Assembly (NCBI RefSeq): GCF_018977255.1 | Contig: NW_024704743.1 | Coordinates: 81,346,001 to 81,410,000, forward strand | DNA length: 64,000 nucleotides | Source of the DNA: Callorhinchus milii | Taxonomy: Eukaryota | Reading direction: 5' to 3' | Shown: piece by piece, positions 12,691-25,147 of the stretch | Layout of the letters: the number at the start of each line of letters is the position of its first letter | Position numbering within the stretch: position 1 is the first letter of the stretch | Program-made: the position numbers and the translations under genes | Notes under the pieces: model-generated | What the model was told of the DNA's origin: nothing | Databases searched by the model: none | The model's input: the letters and a program-made list of their open reading frames with translations, nothing else

Positions 12691-14394
12691 GTAAGTATTA
12701 TTATTATAAGTAACCACTGTGTAGAAATCCTGAGGCTTCTATGTGGAAGCTGCTGCTTGAGATGTTTTTTTTACATATGGACAGTTTAGAAGGAGAAACT
12801 ATTTCAATATATAGCTGTACAAAATTGAGCAGTGCCTCAGAGATATAAGGGATGGCAGAGAAATTCTACCAGGGTCTAGATTTACTATATTTATATAACA
12901 TTATAAAGTCCTGACTTCCAGAATTTTGCAAATTGTGAAATTCAGTCCTACCTTTGGAGTCGATTGTCTATCGTTGTTGAAAAATTACAGAAAACTTGGC
13001 TTCAAAAAATTAATTGATAAAGAATTTGCCAAATTCTAGATGCTCTTAAATGCTACAAATAATGATAATAAAAAAATCTGGATCCAGGTAGAATTTTGTC
13101 CCAAGACATTGTAATGTTATGGTTGTAAGATTTGTGAGCTGATCAACTGATTGCAATTGTGCAAATATAGTAATGGGTTTTGAAAAGCATGGGTCAGGAA
13201 AAGGCCAATGCAAAGGGAGCATCAGAACTTATTCATCAGGAAACTCACAGTACATCAGTATGCCAACCCACAAGATATCTGCTCTTTAAAGCAGAATTCT
13301 CTCAGATGACATACATGAGGTGGAGAGGTAGGTTAAGTCGCAAGGCATTTTTTCCAGTATGATTTGCTATTTACGCTGTTGTTTTGTCAACAAGTGTTTT
13401 TTTAAACCCCATTTAGAGAGCAGTAGCAGTGCTGGGAGACTCAGGTGGTGGAGCAAGAGAGGCATTTTTTTAAAAATAAGTAACTGGCCATTCTGTTGCT
13501 AGTTAAAAGTTCAAACCGCTTACCATCCGTCTCAAGAAACAAAAGCAGCTGTGTTGGCAATCCTACTGAATTTAGGTTATTTTACCATCTGAAAGATGTG
13601 ATCAAAAGCAAATCTATGTCTGTGCTGGAAAAAAAAGTTAAGATAATAATGAAAGGTGGGGTGCTGTTTTGACAGAAAACCGAGAGGTACCTAATGTTGA
13701 AACAGTAGTGTCAATCTTGCTGTAGACGTTTTGTTGGAAAGTCAAACCTATTCCAAACTTGGCTGCCTTTAATTGAGGCTGTAAGACACATTGGCCTAAG
13801 GGGATCCTTTTTGTTGAAATGCTGATTACCGGATTACATTTGTGATGTGTGGGGATTATTGGGGTCTTGATTATTTTCCTTTTAAAGTGCCACGTAATTC
13901 AGTCGTGCCGCTACAGTTGTATTGGGCCCACGTGATATTACTTAAATGGAATGGGCCAAGAAATGCCCCACAAACCACCAACCCCTCCTTCCCTCTCTCA
14001 TCGGTTCAGGTTAAGACTGAGATACCAGGTCTGTTGGATGTCCGATTCCGACTCACCAGTTAGCAGGATATCATATTCTTTGTTTATAATGAAGCAGATG
14101 TCCTGCTAATTGGTTTATGGGGTCAGGAGCTCCATCACTAGCGACTCTGCTTCTTGGTTTTCACCATTGAGAAGGGTGGATTAACCACCACGTTCAATCT
14201 GATAAATATTACTTGAGCCATAAATTTGATCCCTCTACTTCGTGGTCTTTGATGCTTGATTTCCAGAATATATTGCGTGAGCACTGAAGGTAGCCGTTGT
14301 CTTCGAAAAGCATTCACAAACCCCATTGTGTAGTCGTGGAAATGGATGCATTCTCCTACTGGTCTGATCTTTAGCTACTCTTGATTTTTCCCAG

Positions 14395-14583
14395 GTCACA
14401 TGGCAAGATATAACTCTATTCTCAACCACGTTCCAAACAACCACGCAACAGTTCGGGCAAACCCAGGGCCTCCTGGCGAGCCTGGGCGCCAAGGACCTCA
14501 AGGAACTTCAGGAGAACAAGGACCTCAGGGACGTTCAGGATTCCCAGGAAATCCAGGCCTGCCTGGCAGACCAGGAGAAAGAG
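14395..14583 (+). CDS. COL14A1: Collagen XIV NC2/COL1 exon ([33 protein letters not shown]...GRPGER)
   Basis: cccag|GT...AGA G|gtaatg; 189 bp, phase 1-1; SHMARY fits collagen XIV rather than XII (GQMNRF). Confidence 0.95.
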
Positions 14584-16097
14584 GTAATGCAAGCGCTACT
14601 TTGCTAGTTATTTATGAGACCGGGATTTATGAACTGTGGCTAAAGGTGGCACAGAGCATTCACTTAATGTTTCAGTCACTCAGGGACTGCATGTAAAGAG
14701 AATTCACACTGGCCAAAAAGAATCATCTGGTGCTAATTTTACTAGCACATTAACCAAAATAGTAGTTTGACCCTCTCTCTCTCTCGGGACAAATTCTGGA
14801 TAACTATGAAACTGTCAGAGCAGATTACAGAACCTGAAATTATTACTCTAAGAACAAAACTACTAAGGGGGCATAGGTGGTGATTTCCTGAATAAATACA
14901 TTAGCGCCAATGTGCTGAGGTGTTAAATTCTTCTCTCTCCATAGTATGACCTTTAGGATTTAATCAAGGGTGAGCAGTGTTTGAACAGATATTGCCATGT
15001 ATTTTGCTAAGAGTTCAGCTGTAGATGAACGATAACACAAATAACCAGCCTGGAGGCAGGAAAGAACTACTGATCCCATCATTTCCCAGACTGCGATCTC
15101 TTCCTTTGCACAAAATCTGGCTCTCAGATATCTGTAAAAATCGGAATGCTGCCTCAGAAACTGTTGATAAATTTAATGAATGTGTCCAGCCTGAAAAAAT
15201 AATTTACAACTGCATTAATTTTGTTACTTCTCTGGTTTGTAATGGGTATTTGGTTGCAGAAACCAGTTTTATTTCAGTTGTGGTAGTTCTAAGCAGTGTT
15301 TGTTGATCACCTAGCTAAGTATGGCTGCAGTAACAACAACAACTTATATCCTTAAAGTAGATAACATTCCAGAGCATTTCACAAAGCCTGGGTAGATGCC
15401 GAGCAAGGGAGGAGGGGGATACAAGGGGATGGGGTGTGGCTGAATGAACAGTTGCACAGATACATTTTTAGATAGGATTTAAAGACAGATAAAGGGAGGG
15501 AACACAGGGGGTTAGAGGAAGGGAGGTCCAGATGTTAGGAGCGTAGTTGCTAAAGGCTTGACCACCAATGGTGGTGCACAGCCAGTCCAAGTTAGATTGG
15601 AGGGGTGAGCACAAGAGTGATGTAGGAAACTACAGAGACAGGGAGATGCTAGGATGTGAAGGGATTTATTGGGTGACCTAATACAGAAACACGTTTTCTT
15701 ACTTATTTGTATTATATCATTTTACTGCTAACTAGAAAAATCTAACCTTTTCCTGACATTTTGATGTTGTTCATAAATTTGCAAAAAAGCAAACAAATGT
15801 CTTGCTTTATCCCGTTTTATAGTTCGTTGTTGAACTTAAGTGTGAGCGTGCAATATAAATATAAACAATATATATGTTAGTTGCTTTTAAGAGATCATGG
15901 GTTAGACTGGAATGCTTAATATGTAAACAAAATAACAAAACGCAGCCTAGATTCACAAATAAGGTGGGAGAATTGTTTAGTTCCACCCTGACAGTCAATA
16001 TAAGCAATCTAACAGCACAGAGTAAATAGATTTTCCCTATTTTCTAACCTTCCTTGGATTGAATGAGTAAAAGGCTATATATTAATCGGTTATACAA

Positions 16098-16830
16098 ATA
16101 CAAAATTACATTTGTATAGCGTCTTTCACATCGGGAGGACGTCCCAGGCGTTGGACAGCCAGGGATTTGGACTTGAGCAGAGGTTTACGATCAGTGGGGT
16201 TGGAGGGCAGGAGGGTGGCCAAAGGCACAGTCAAAGAGGAGGGTCTTGAGACTTGCCTTGAAGGTGGCAAGGGAGGGAGTGAGGTGAAGGGACTGTGGGA
16301 TGGAGTTCCAGTGGATGAAGGCAGAGAGGGTGAAGGCCAGCCTGCCGATGGTGGAGTGGGCTGGGCGGGGAACTTGGAGCAGGCCGGAGCCTGCTGATCG
16401 AAGGGAGCAGACAAGTTGATGTGGGGTTAGCAGGTCACAGAGATGGGAAGGAGCAAGGGCATGGAGGGCCTGAAGGCGAGGACGAGGATTTTTAACTATC
16501 CACTGGGGGATGGGGAACCAGTGGAGCCGGGGCGACAGTGGGGGTGATAGGGTCACAGATCTTGGTGTGGGAGAGGACATGAGCTGCAGAGTTCTGGATG
16601 TGCAGCTTGTGGAGGGAAGAGTTGGGGAGGCCAACAAGCAGGGAGCCTAGATGTGATAAATGGGTGAATGAGGGTTTTGGCGTCCTGCGGTGTGAGACAG
16701 TGGCAGAGCCGGGCGATGTTGCGGAGCTGGGAGAAGGCAGAGCGGGTCATGGCATGGATGTGTGGTAGAAGGTCAGTTGAGGGTCAAACAAGATGCCAAT
16801 GTTCCAAACTGGCTCGGTGAGGTGGAGTTA
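16098..16830 (-). mobile_element. L2 LINE 3' fragment
   Basis: Minus-strand ORF pieces LRNIARL, LIHPFITSRL, HWFPI, WNSIP, FKASLKTLLF. Confidence 0.85.
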
Positions 16831-17785
16831 TAAATGTTATCAGGCAAAGGATAACTTTGGGATATGGTAAAGCAAAGGAGCTTACTCCTCCATCTGCGTA
16901 ATATTAAAACATGAAGCAAAGATCCACTTTGCAGAAAGTGTCTTCATGTTTTAATCAATGAATGTACTTCTGTGGAAACGAGCACATTTCCAATTTCCCC
17001 TTTGCACCTTGCTTCACTGATAATGTACGTGAGGGGTGAATCTCGGAGTGGCTTTACACAGTATCCCACATTTATTTACTTACCGAGCTCCAGGACTGGG
17101 AAAAATAAGCACTGGCTGAATGCACAATAGTAATACTGGGTAATCAGGCTGTTCCCAAGCGATTGTATCTAAGGCATCTCCACATTCTTTACAACTTGTA
17201 CTGAGTAATACTGGGAAATGAGGTTTGTCTTTGGTGCTTATATTCCAGATGCTTCAGACTGGAGATTTTTAGGTTTTATGACAAACTTTAGACGTTTTAG
17301 CTTTATAGGCTCCTGTCCATGGCGGTCTTCAACACAGACTGCTGGAACTAATTTCTTCCGTTACATTTAATGTAACGATTGTCAACTGGAGAATATGTCT
17401 GGCTCCTTTCATTGGGTTTGTTTCAAGGCCAAATCTCCAGTTGAAGAGAGGACAACTTCAGTGCCAAATGCATCCCTTAACGAATAATCAACTGCTACCA
17501 GTATAATTTTGCTTCATTGTTCACACTTGTAAGATTAGCAATGCCATTTACCACAACAACCACTTGTTAGATAGTTTTTGGTTTTCATCTTCTGAAGTGC
17601 TCCTCCATTGTTTTACTTCTTTTTCCTTTTCAACAATTCTCATTAAATCCCTCCCTCTCTCCTCCTGAATTATACTGTTTTCCCTCCAAGGCGTTGACAA
17701 GCTATTTAACCATGGCAACCCCAGTCCAGTCCTTAAGCAGCATCCACGTATGCTCACTTCCAGCATTGCATAGCATTCAGATTTG

Positions 17786-17952
17786 AAAGAAAAACAGAGA
17801 TCGCTGGGAAAGCTCAGCAGGTCAGACAGTGTCTTCGGAGAAAGGAAAGTTGGACTCACTTTCCTTTTTCCATAGATGCTGCCTGACCTGCTGTGTGTTC
17901 CCAGTGATCTCTTTTTTTTCAGTTTTTCACCATTTGCAGTATTTTGCATTTT
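17786..17952. mobile_element. Palindromic (Penelope-like) element, centrally deleted copy, 11-bp TSD
   Basis: Inverted arms cagcaggtcag...ctgacctgctg; ATTCAGATTTG at 17775-17785 and 17953-17963. Confidence 0.7.
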
Positions 17953-18514
17953 ATTCAGATTTGGAATCCTGGTTATTTTTGCCACTCCATAGCCCAGACA
18001 CAGTAAGGGCGATCGTAAGATCCCACCACCACCCTGTCTGAGATAACTGAGCAAGAATTCAATCCTCCTGGTTTTCATGGCTCAATACTGCATGATACAT
18101 TCAGACATCAATCCATTGATGGAGTCTTGTTGATCCACTCTTTCATTTAAACATGATTTAACAAACATTGTTACTCAGAACATAGAAGTCTTTGAAACTG
18201 GAGATATCACTTGCTTTTCACAAGCTGCATTGCTTCCAAAACTAACATTTAGTGCTGCTTTCTCATGTGATAGTATTTTCAGTCATTTGTAAAAAGCTAG
18301 TGTTACCTTACTGGAGGGCATTGCCCCAGCCCAACCTCTTTCGCCCACAAAATACACAGTTAACCCAATTACAATAAATCTTGTGAAGTGCTTTGATACG
18401 TCTCGACGACATGATCAAATGCAAGGATTATTATTATTGTTATAGTTAATGGTTCTCAAGATTGTCGCTCCAAAGTCCATGAGAGTGATTGGTTGACACA
18501 CATTCATGCATTAA

Positions 18515-18910
18515 CTTACATAAAATGTACAGCACAGAAACAGGCCATTCACTCCAACTCGGCCGTGCTGGTGTTTATACTCCATGCCAGTCTCCAATCA
18601 CTCCTTATACCCTCCCCGACCCTTCTATTCCCTTCTCTCAGTGTATATCTAGCTTATTCTTAAATGCATCTATACTATCTGGTCCCACCAATGCTTCAGG
18701 CATCGAGTTCCACAATCTCACTACCCTCTACACAAAGTAGTTCCTCCTAAATTTTCTTTTAGATTCCCTAATCTCTATCATATACTTGTGTCCCACTAGT
18801 TCCTCAACTAGTGGGAACGACCGATTTATAGTAACCTTATATAATATAACCTTTTATAATTTTGAATACCTCTATTAGATGTTCAAAATTACGTCTCTTC
18901 GCTAGTGAAA
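18515..18910 (-). mobile_element. CR1 LINE 3' fragment
   Basis: cagcacagaaacaggccattc tail and ttccacaatctcactaccctc, typical of an antisense CR1 end. Confidence 0.6.
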
Positions 18911-19020
18911 AAATACATAGGAACATAAACTGACAAATTGTTTCACATGGGTGCCTGAAGTGCTTTATATTGCTCTCCCCCACATTAAAGGACACGGATT
19001 GCTTTCTGCCCATCTGAACA

Positions 19021-19378
19021 TCTTGTAGCTCAGTGATTAGAGCACTCAGCTCGCAAGTGGGAGAGCTGGGTTCTATTCCCGGCAGGGCGAAATGTGGACA
19101 AGTTTCCTTATGTCACAAGCCTTTGTTTATCTAGCAGTAAGTATGAACCCAGTTGTTAATTGATTGGCGGATCGCTTTTCCGGGGATAATAATCCCTAAA
19201 AAAAACCATAATGATTTGGTCATTCAATCCACGACTGTTTGTGGGACAATTGTGGCACAATTGGCTGCCGCATTTCGCCCACAAATATACAGTCAATTCA
19301 CTTTACAGTATATTCTGTAAGATGCCTAGAAGACGTGAAAAGCGCTATATCAAATACAAGTGTTCGTATTATTATTAT
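19021..19378 (+). mobile_element. tRNA-derived SINE (long subfamily)
   Basis: Same head and tail as the other copies plus an extra ~70-bp internal segment. Confidence 0.85.
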
Positions 19379-20825
19379 GCAATATGTCTACGTCTTCTCT
19401 GGATCCAACTTTGGCAGCAATATTTATGCATCAATGATTGAGTCTGCAGTGCTATTCATGCCGTCTGTATTGTTGTTAATAAATTTTACTCCTGGTTGCT
19501 TATCTTACACTATCCTCTGAACCTTTTTCCATTGATGGGTGAGCTTGAAGATGTTTTGCAGTGATTTTGTTTTAACACTGCATCATAAAAATTGAAGGCT
19601 TGAAAAGCCATTTAGACTTATCCTGTATGACCTTAAAATTTAAGATCATGCAGAATAGTGGAAAATTCTTACATTCAGTCTTAATTCAGAAGATGATTTT
19701 TTTAAAAAGGCCATAATTCTGTGCAACCTTAAATTTAAGAAAAAATAGTTTGTCTGCTAAGAATTTTTTCCTCGTGTCTCAAGAGCACTATTTAGCACTA
19801 CACATTCCAAGTGTTAAAGGGGTGTAATTTGTGGGCTGGGGTAACAAGTAAGCCATTAACGTGAGTTGTTAATTGCACAATGAAGGGCTCTCTGTACACG
19901 TGTGTACACATAATTAACCCAAGCTACAAATGTTACACAGGATTGTTAGCTTTACCTACAAATCAGACCCTTTTGTCATTCAGTGAGTAAGGCTTACAGG
20001 ACAATGTGGGGCTTAATCTCCCATTTCTAAATGAAACCTCTACACGCCTTGCTTGGAACAAAATTGACAGATTGTTCTTTATCTTTCCTTTTTTTTAAAA
20101 AAAACCTTCCAGTTGCGTCAATACCCCCACAGCCTTAATTGACCCATAAGAGTATTGGTCAAGTGGTGGACAGGTAAGAGATCTGTCTAAGAAAGTGATT
20201 TTAGCAGTATAGGAGACCATGTGTAGGTCATTCTGGGCCAATGTGAAAGTCAACTGTGAGCTGAAAAAAACATAATTGGATACAACCATTTTGGCTGGTG
20301 AAACTTATTTCACCACAGGAATGCAGACGTATACTATGGGATTTATAGACAAATGGCAAAGGAAAGAAGCTGATTGACAATAAATAAGAGAAACCACAAA
20401 GTAGTTTCTGCACAATTAGGTGAAATTGACAAGCTTCAGAAAAGCTGCTTGAAACAGAATTTTAAAAAAAATATCTATACCAAAGATATCTTTTTTAACC
20501 AAGATATTGTTTTTGGCTCTCAAATATTTTGTGCTGTGCAATTTGACCATTATCAACCTTTCCAAAACTTACATTATTGGAAAGAGTGGAAGCAAAATTA
20601 TAAAGTGTGTGCCAATGTCTCAATTTATTCCTAAACTGATCCCCTACAGCCTTCCATTCTGTGCACTCTTTCTCTTTTAATGTTTCCAATGATGCACATA
20701 TGCTTTTAATGGTACATATGAGTGAGCTGTCTTTAAGAAATATTTTATGTGCATTTCAAAGAATAAAACCCAGTAACTTTCATTGCTTCAGTAGCATTTG
20801 TTTTTCTATTCATTATATTATCTTA

Positions 20826-21236
20826 ACTTGGTCACTCAATCCACGACTGTTTGTGGGACATTGCTGTGCGCAATTGTCTGTTGTGTTTTGCCCACAAAAT
20901 ACACAGTCAATTCACTTTACAGTATCAAAACACAAAATATTGCAGATGCTGGAAATCTGAAATAAAAACAGAGAGAGCTGGGAAAACTCAGCAGGTCAGG
21001 CAGCATCTGCGGAGAAAGGAAAGTGAGTCAACGTTTCGGGTACACAAAACATGTTCTGACAAAAGGTCGTGGACCCGAAATGTTGACTCACTTTCCTTTC
21101 TCCATAGATGCTGCCTGACCTGCTGAGGTTTCCCAGCTTTCTCTGTTTTTGTTTCACTTTACAGTGTATTCTGTGAAGAGCTTTGAGACGTCTCGAGACA
21201 TCTAAGGCGCTATGTCAAATGCAAGGATTATTATTA
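20826..21236 (+). mobile_element. SINE 3' half interrupted by a palindromic element
   Basis: SINE body resumes after 21153. Confidence 0.8.
20926..21152. mobile_element. Palindromic (Penelope-like) element with ~83-bp inverted arms, hammerhead-core remnant and 15-bp TSD
   Basis: Arms ~20959-21041 and ~21072-21155; TTCACTTTACAGT(A/G)T at 20911-20925 and 21153-21167. Confidence 0.75.
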
Positions 21237-22238
21237 ACCCTAAAAAGTCCAAATAATAATCCTTGCATCTGCTCTAGTGCCTATCAACACCAAAAAATCT
21301 CAAAGTTTGCAAGGAAATACTGTCAAATGTACTGACTGTATTTATGTATTTGTGACAAACCACGGAACAGTTATGGGAAAAACATTTATGTTCTCTGCCA
21401 CATTGGCCTTTAAGCAGTTTATTCAAATGACTGCATAATGCAATTGTTAGCTTTTCCACGAACACTATCACTTTGTTAAACAATGACATTGCCAAACTTT
21501 TTTTTAAAAAGAAACTTTGACACAGAAAGCTGGGCAGTTGAAAAAGAACATCTGTGAAATTATGGTCATGAGTATGTGCAGTTCTGAATCTGTATGGAGG
21601 AGCCCAAATCTGTATGTGTTTGGCCTGTTTGTCACTTGAATGTAGGTTCTCGTGACCCTGTTGGAATAGCAGTCGTTTACCTTAGCGTGGTCCAACTGGC
21701 TGCTATGAATCGTCAGACCCATGGTCTATAACTTTTTTGCAGCATTACTATTAAGAGCAGCTTTCACTTTCTTATCATTTTTGTACTGATAATTATTCAT
21801 ACTGATAATGGATTCCATCCCACCCACGAAACACTATTTCCTCAGACTTATTTGACTTCATATTCCCAGTTGATTTCATACAAGTGGTCTTGAGAAAGTA
21901 AGCCCCAGATATGCCAAGGCAGTTGTAAAGGGCAATTTCTGGACAGACACCAGGAAGTATTTCTTTACATAGGGTATATTGTAAGGATGAGATCCATTAC
22001 ATTTGTGATCTCCAAAACATGCTGCGAAACGAAGCTAAGTGCCTAGTAACAAACAAAAGACTAACGTTTCTCAGCCTGCAACCTTTCCAAACTGTATCAT
22101 AGTAAAACAGCAAATTTAATGCGTGAAAAGCTGCTACATGTCAGTCTTTAAGCAATGGTGTGTTTAGTACCCATTCTTGAAGGAATAGGTGCATCAATTT
22201 CTATGTTAATTGTTCTGACATTCTTGACATTTTACCAG

Positions 22239-22316
22239 GTTTGACAGGTGACAAAGGAGATCGGGGAAGTCCAGGAATTGGCAAACAAGGACCCAGAGGA
22301 CCATCAGGATCACCAG
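22239..22316 (+). CDS. COL14A1: Collagen XIV COL1 exon (GLTGDKGDRGSPGIGKQGPRGPSGSP)
   Basis: accag|GT...CCA G|gtaatg; 78 bp including the FACIT helix imperfection GIGKQ. Confidence 0.93.
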
Positions 22317-22389
22317 GTAATGGCTGTTGCCATGACAGTACTATTTGGGCAAGAGACTTAAACAGATCTGACAGGAATACTTCCACCAG

Positions 22390-22700
22390 ACCCGGTTGTC
22401 ATTTGTAAAGCTTCATTGGCTGTATGGATGGGATGTGACACTAACTCAGATTGTTCTCAGTCCAGACTGCTATCCAGCGACGCTCTCTTCCCCCCGCTAC
22501 CCCACCCCCACACACACTCATGTGGACTTTAGGTAAGGACAGGATCGGGCATGCTGCAATGGTTCCCTGGGATGGAGCAGCCCTATGGCACTCGCTGTCA
22601 AAGCTCACACATTAATAGTGACCACTTGAGTGTGAAATGCTGCAGGGTGCCTGTGGTACAATGCCTCAGTGGAAGGAGAAAGGAATCAAACTGGAACGGG
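22390..22700 (+). mobile_element. Old, diverged SINE-like repeat (related pieces at 1-360, ~46240-46390 and ~55780-55930 on -)
   Basis: Weak mutual similarity by eye; family recognition from memory only. Confidence 0.35.
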
Positions 22701-22762
22701 GTGGCAATTGTTGGAGTAAACTAGCAGCAGGAATCTATTTTAAAAGCACATTACCTGTACAG

Positions 22763-22918
22763 GACCTCAAGGGGAGGGGCGAACTGGTAGCCAAGGATCA
22801 CCTGGTCTTCAAGGCCGACCAGGTACCTCAGGACGTTCTGGAATCTCTGGTCCAAGAGGTCCCCCTGGTTCACCTGGCTACTGTGATCCATCATCCTGTG
22901 CTGGCTACAATCTCGGAG
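22763..22918 (+). CDS. COL14A1: Collagen XIV COL1/NC1 exon ([11 protein letters not shown]...[20 protein letters not shown])
   Basis: tacag|GA...GGA G|gtaggt; 156 bp; FACIT C-X4-C motif CDPSSC. Confidence 0.95.
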
Positions 22919-23608
22919 GTAGGTTATTTTTCTGATTGAATCTTGCTGCTTATACAATTATTGTAGTTCTTCTTGTTCTGTAAAGTCAGATGTGAACATG
23001 TAAGTTGTGTTCAGTTTGTCCAGCTTCTTGTTGTTTATGCTCAGATTTACTCAGTCTGACCTTCAGATACAATCTGTTCGCAGCAGATTTGTCTGAAGCA
23101 TTGCGATGTGATTGCTAGTGGTTTGTTCTTGTGTATCTACCATTGTTACAGATGGGGCGTAGTTAAACAATTAAAGTACGCTGCACTTGTAAGTATGGCA
23201 ACAGCAGAATTGCATGAAATGCTCTGTGGCTTTGCTTTCGATACAGTGTCATCATGATACCTTTGCCTTCTCTCCCCTGAAGTAGTGCTTGCCAATGAAT
23301 GGGGGCAGTGGGGCTCTAAATGATAATTGGTAATAATCCTTGCATTTGATATAGCACCTTGACATGTCATTGAGATATCTCAAAGTGCTTCACAGAATAT
23401 ATTGTAAAGTGGATTGACTGAATTTAGTGGATGAAAAATTTACAGTCAAGGGCCTTTATGGCTTCACTGCCTCCACACTATAATGATACTGGGTGAATTG
23501 TGAACTCCATTGGATACTTATCACTTTGAATTGGCCAGAGGTGCCGCCCTCTCTCCAATACTGTTTTCAGTGGTGATGTCCGAGAAGCTGTGTGTATGCC
23601 ATTGGACA

Positions 23609-23724
23609 TCCTGATTCGGGATCGCGGTTAGAGAGACACTAGTACTTGGGCAAGCTAAACCCCCCGAGTAGCTGGGTTTAGCTTACCCAGTACTAGCCTC
23701 TCTAACCATGATCCGCAATCAGGA
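23609..23724. repeat. 116-bp imperfect hairpin (MITE-like)
   Basis: TCCTGATT...GCTAAACCC and GGGTTTAGC...AATCAGGA arms of ~52 bp. Confidence 0.85.
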
Positions 23725-24074
23725 ATAGCTGGCATGCTGCTGATCAGCATTCAAAGGTTGAGATCTGTAATCTGGAAATCAAACGTGGCTACTCCAACTT
23801 TAATATGAGAAAGATATGGGGTGGGCCTCAATCACACAGAGCAGCAATTTTGCTCCGATCCCGGTTATCAATCGCAGTTTTATGAAACTGGAGATGGTAA
23901 CTAGGAGGGTAACAAGTAGCACAAATGCACCTCCAGGCTGCTTTTTTTCCCATTGATGTTCAATTTTGGCTTCAGCTTGTTTGTAATTTTGTTTAACTGA
24001 CTGTGCTATGTGTTTCTGTTTGTCCTTTATCTTCCCTTCCACCTCAATCCCACCCATTCTGGCATAATTTGAAG

Positions 24075-24118
24075 GTAATGTTGCTCACAATGATCATCAG
24101 CCACGAGCTACGTACTAA
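24075..24118 (+). CDS. COL14A1: Putative alternative short NC1 terminal exon (GNVAHNDHQPRATY*)
   Basis: First AG after a ~97-nt AG-free zone with CTGAC branch point and long pyrimidine tract; phase-1 compatible; resembles remembered human short tail DLIPYNDYQH; AATAAA at 24207. Confidence 0.65.
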
Positions 24119-24206
24119 CTTGATCTTTCGCATTCTCCTGGCACCTAGGACAGGTGTGAGGTCTGACCAGCTACTTGCTGCATCCTGCCTCATCCAGGCT
24201 AAAGGC

Positions 24207-24212
24207 AATAAA
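24207..24212 (+). terminator. Candidate polyadenylation signal for the short NC1 exon
   Basis: AATAAA about 90 nt after the TAA at 24116-24118. Confidence 0.4.
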
Positions 24213-25147
24213 CAGTAACCGTCATCATACAGGCACTACCATCATTTCCCTTTTATTTAAACCCAGCTCTGTCAGCATCCAAAGATACTGTATATTTTTG
24301 TAACAAATGCTAAAGTAATTGCCTAATTCCCCTTAACTACATTTGGCGTTGAACTAATCGATCTAACTTTGAACTACTTTTATGAGTCAGATCTGTTTTC
24401 CGATATCCATCCATTTTATTCATCTGTTTTATGATGAAAGAATTTTTTGCTAATGAAACTCTTCTTTGTATTTAAGTGAAACTGAACATGCCTGGTTGTG
24501 AGAATTTGCTGACACAAATGGCTGCCATGTTTGCCTATAAAATCCCAGTCACAACACCTGAGAGTAACTGTTTGCAAAATGCTTTGAGCCGCTGTGACAT
24601 CATCAGGCGCAACTCTCCTTTTTTTGTGCATTGCTTTTGGCCTTTCGGAGAGACATTGCTCTCCAAATTTCATAATTATACTAATAGGCACTGCCCATGT
24701 TCACAAGTAGCTAAGGTTTGTTACTATACACCCAATACTTACCCCAACACACACGCACACAAAATTGTGTCCACTGCAATCAGTCCAAAGTGCTGTGCGA
24801 GCACCATTTGAGAAATCTTGACTGAAAATCTTTGAATTCGCACTGAACCCTTCAACCAGTAATTTATATGTAAAAACAAAAATAAGTCTACCTTTGTGTT
24901 GTGCCACTTTCTCTCTACATCTGGTGCTGGGTTTTCCTCTGTGGTGTCCGTGTGTGCTGGTCTCTGGAGTTCTGTCAGTCTGTGCTGACATTTATTAATG
25001 TAGCGCATTCAAAAATTACACATTGAAATGTACATCAAGAACCAAGCAGCTTTGAATTACAAATAATGTTCTAATATCCTAATCATATTTAATCTTCTGC
25101 CTCCCTCTTGTGCTAACCATGAATACTGTTGATGGTGGTGGGTTAAG

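Noticed and set aside
21220..21270. Small hairpin gcaaggattattatt / aataataatccttgc
   Set aside because: It is a SINE tail plus a short inverted tail fragment; no evidence of function.
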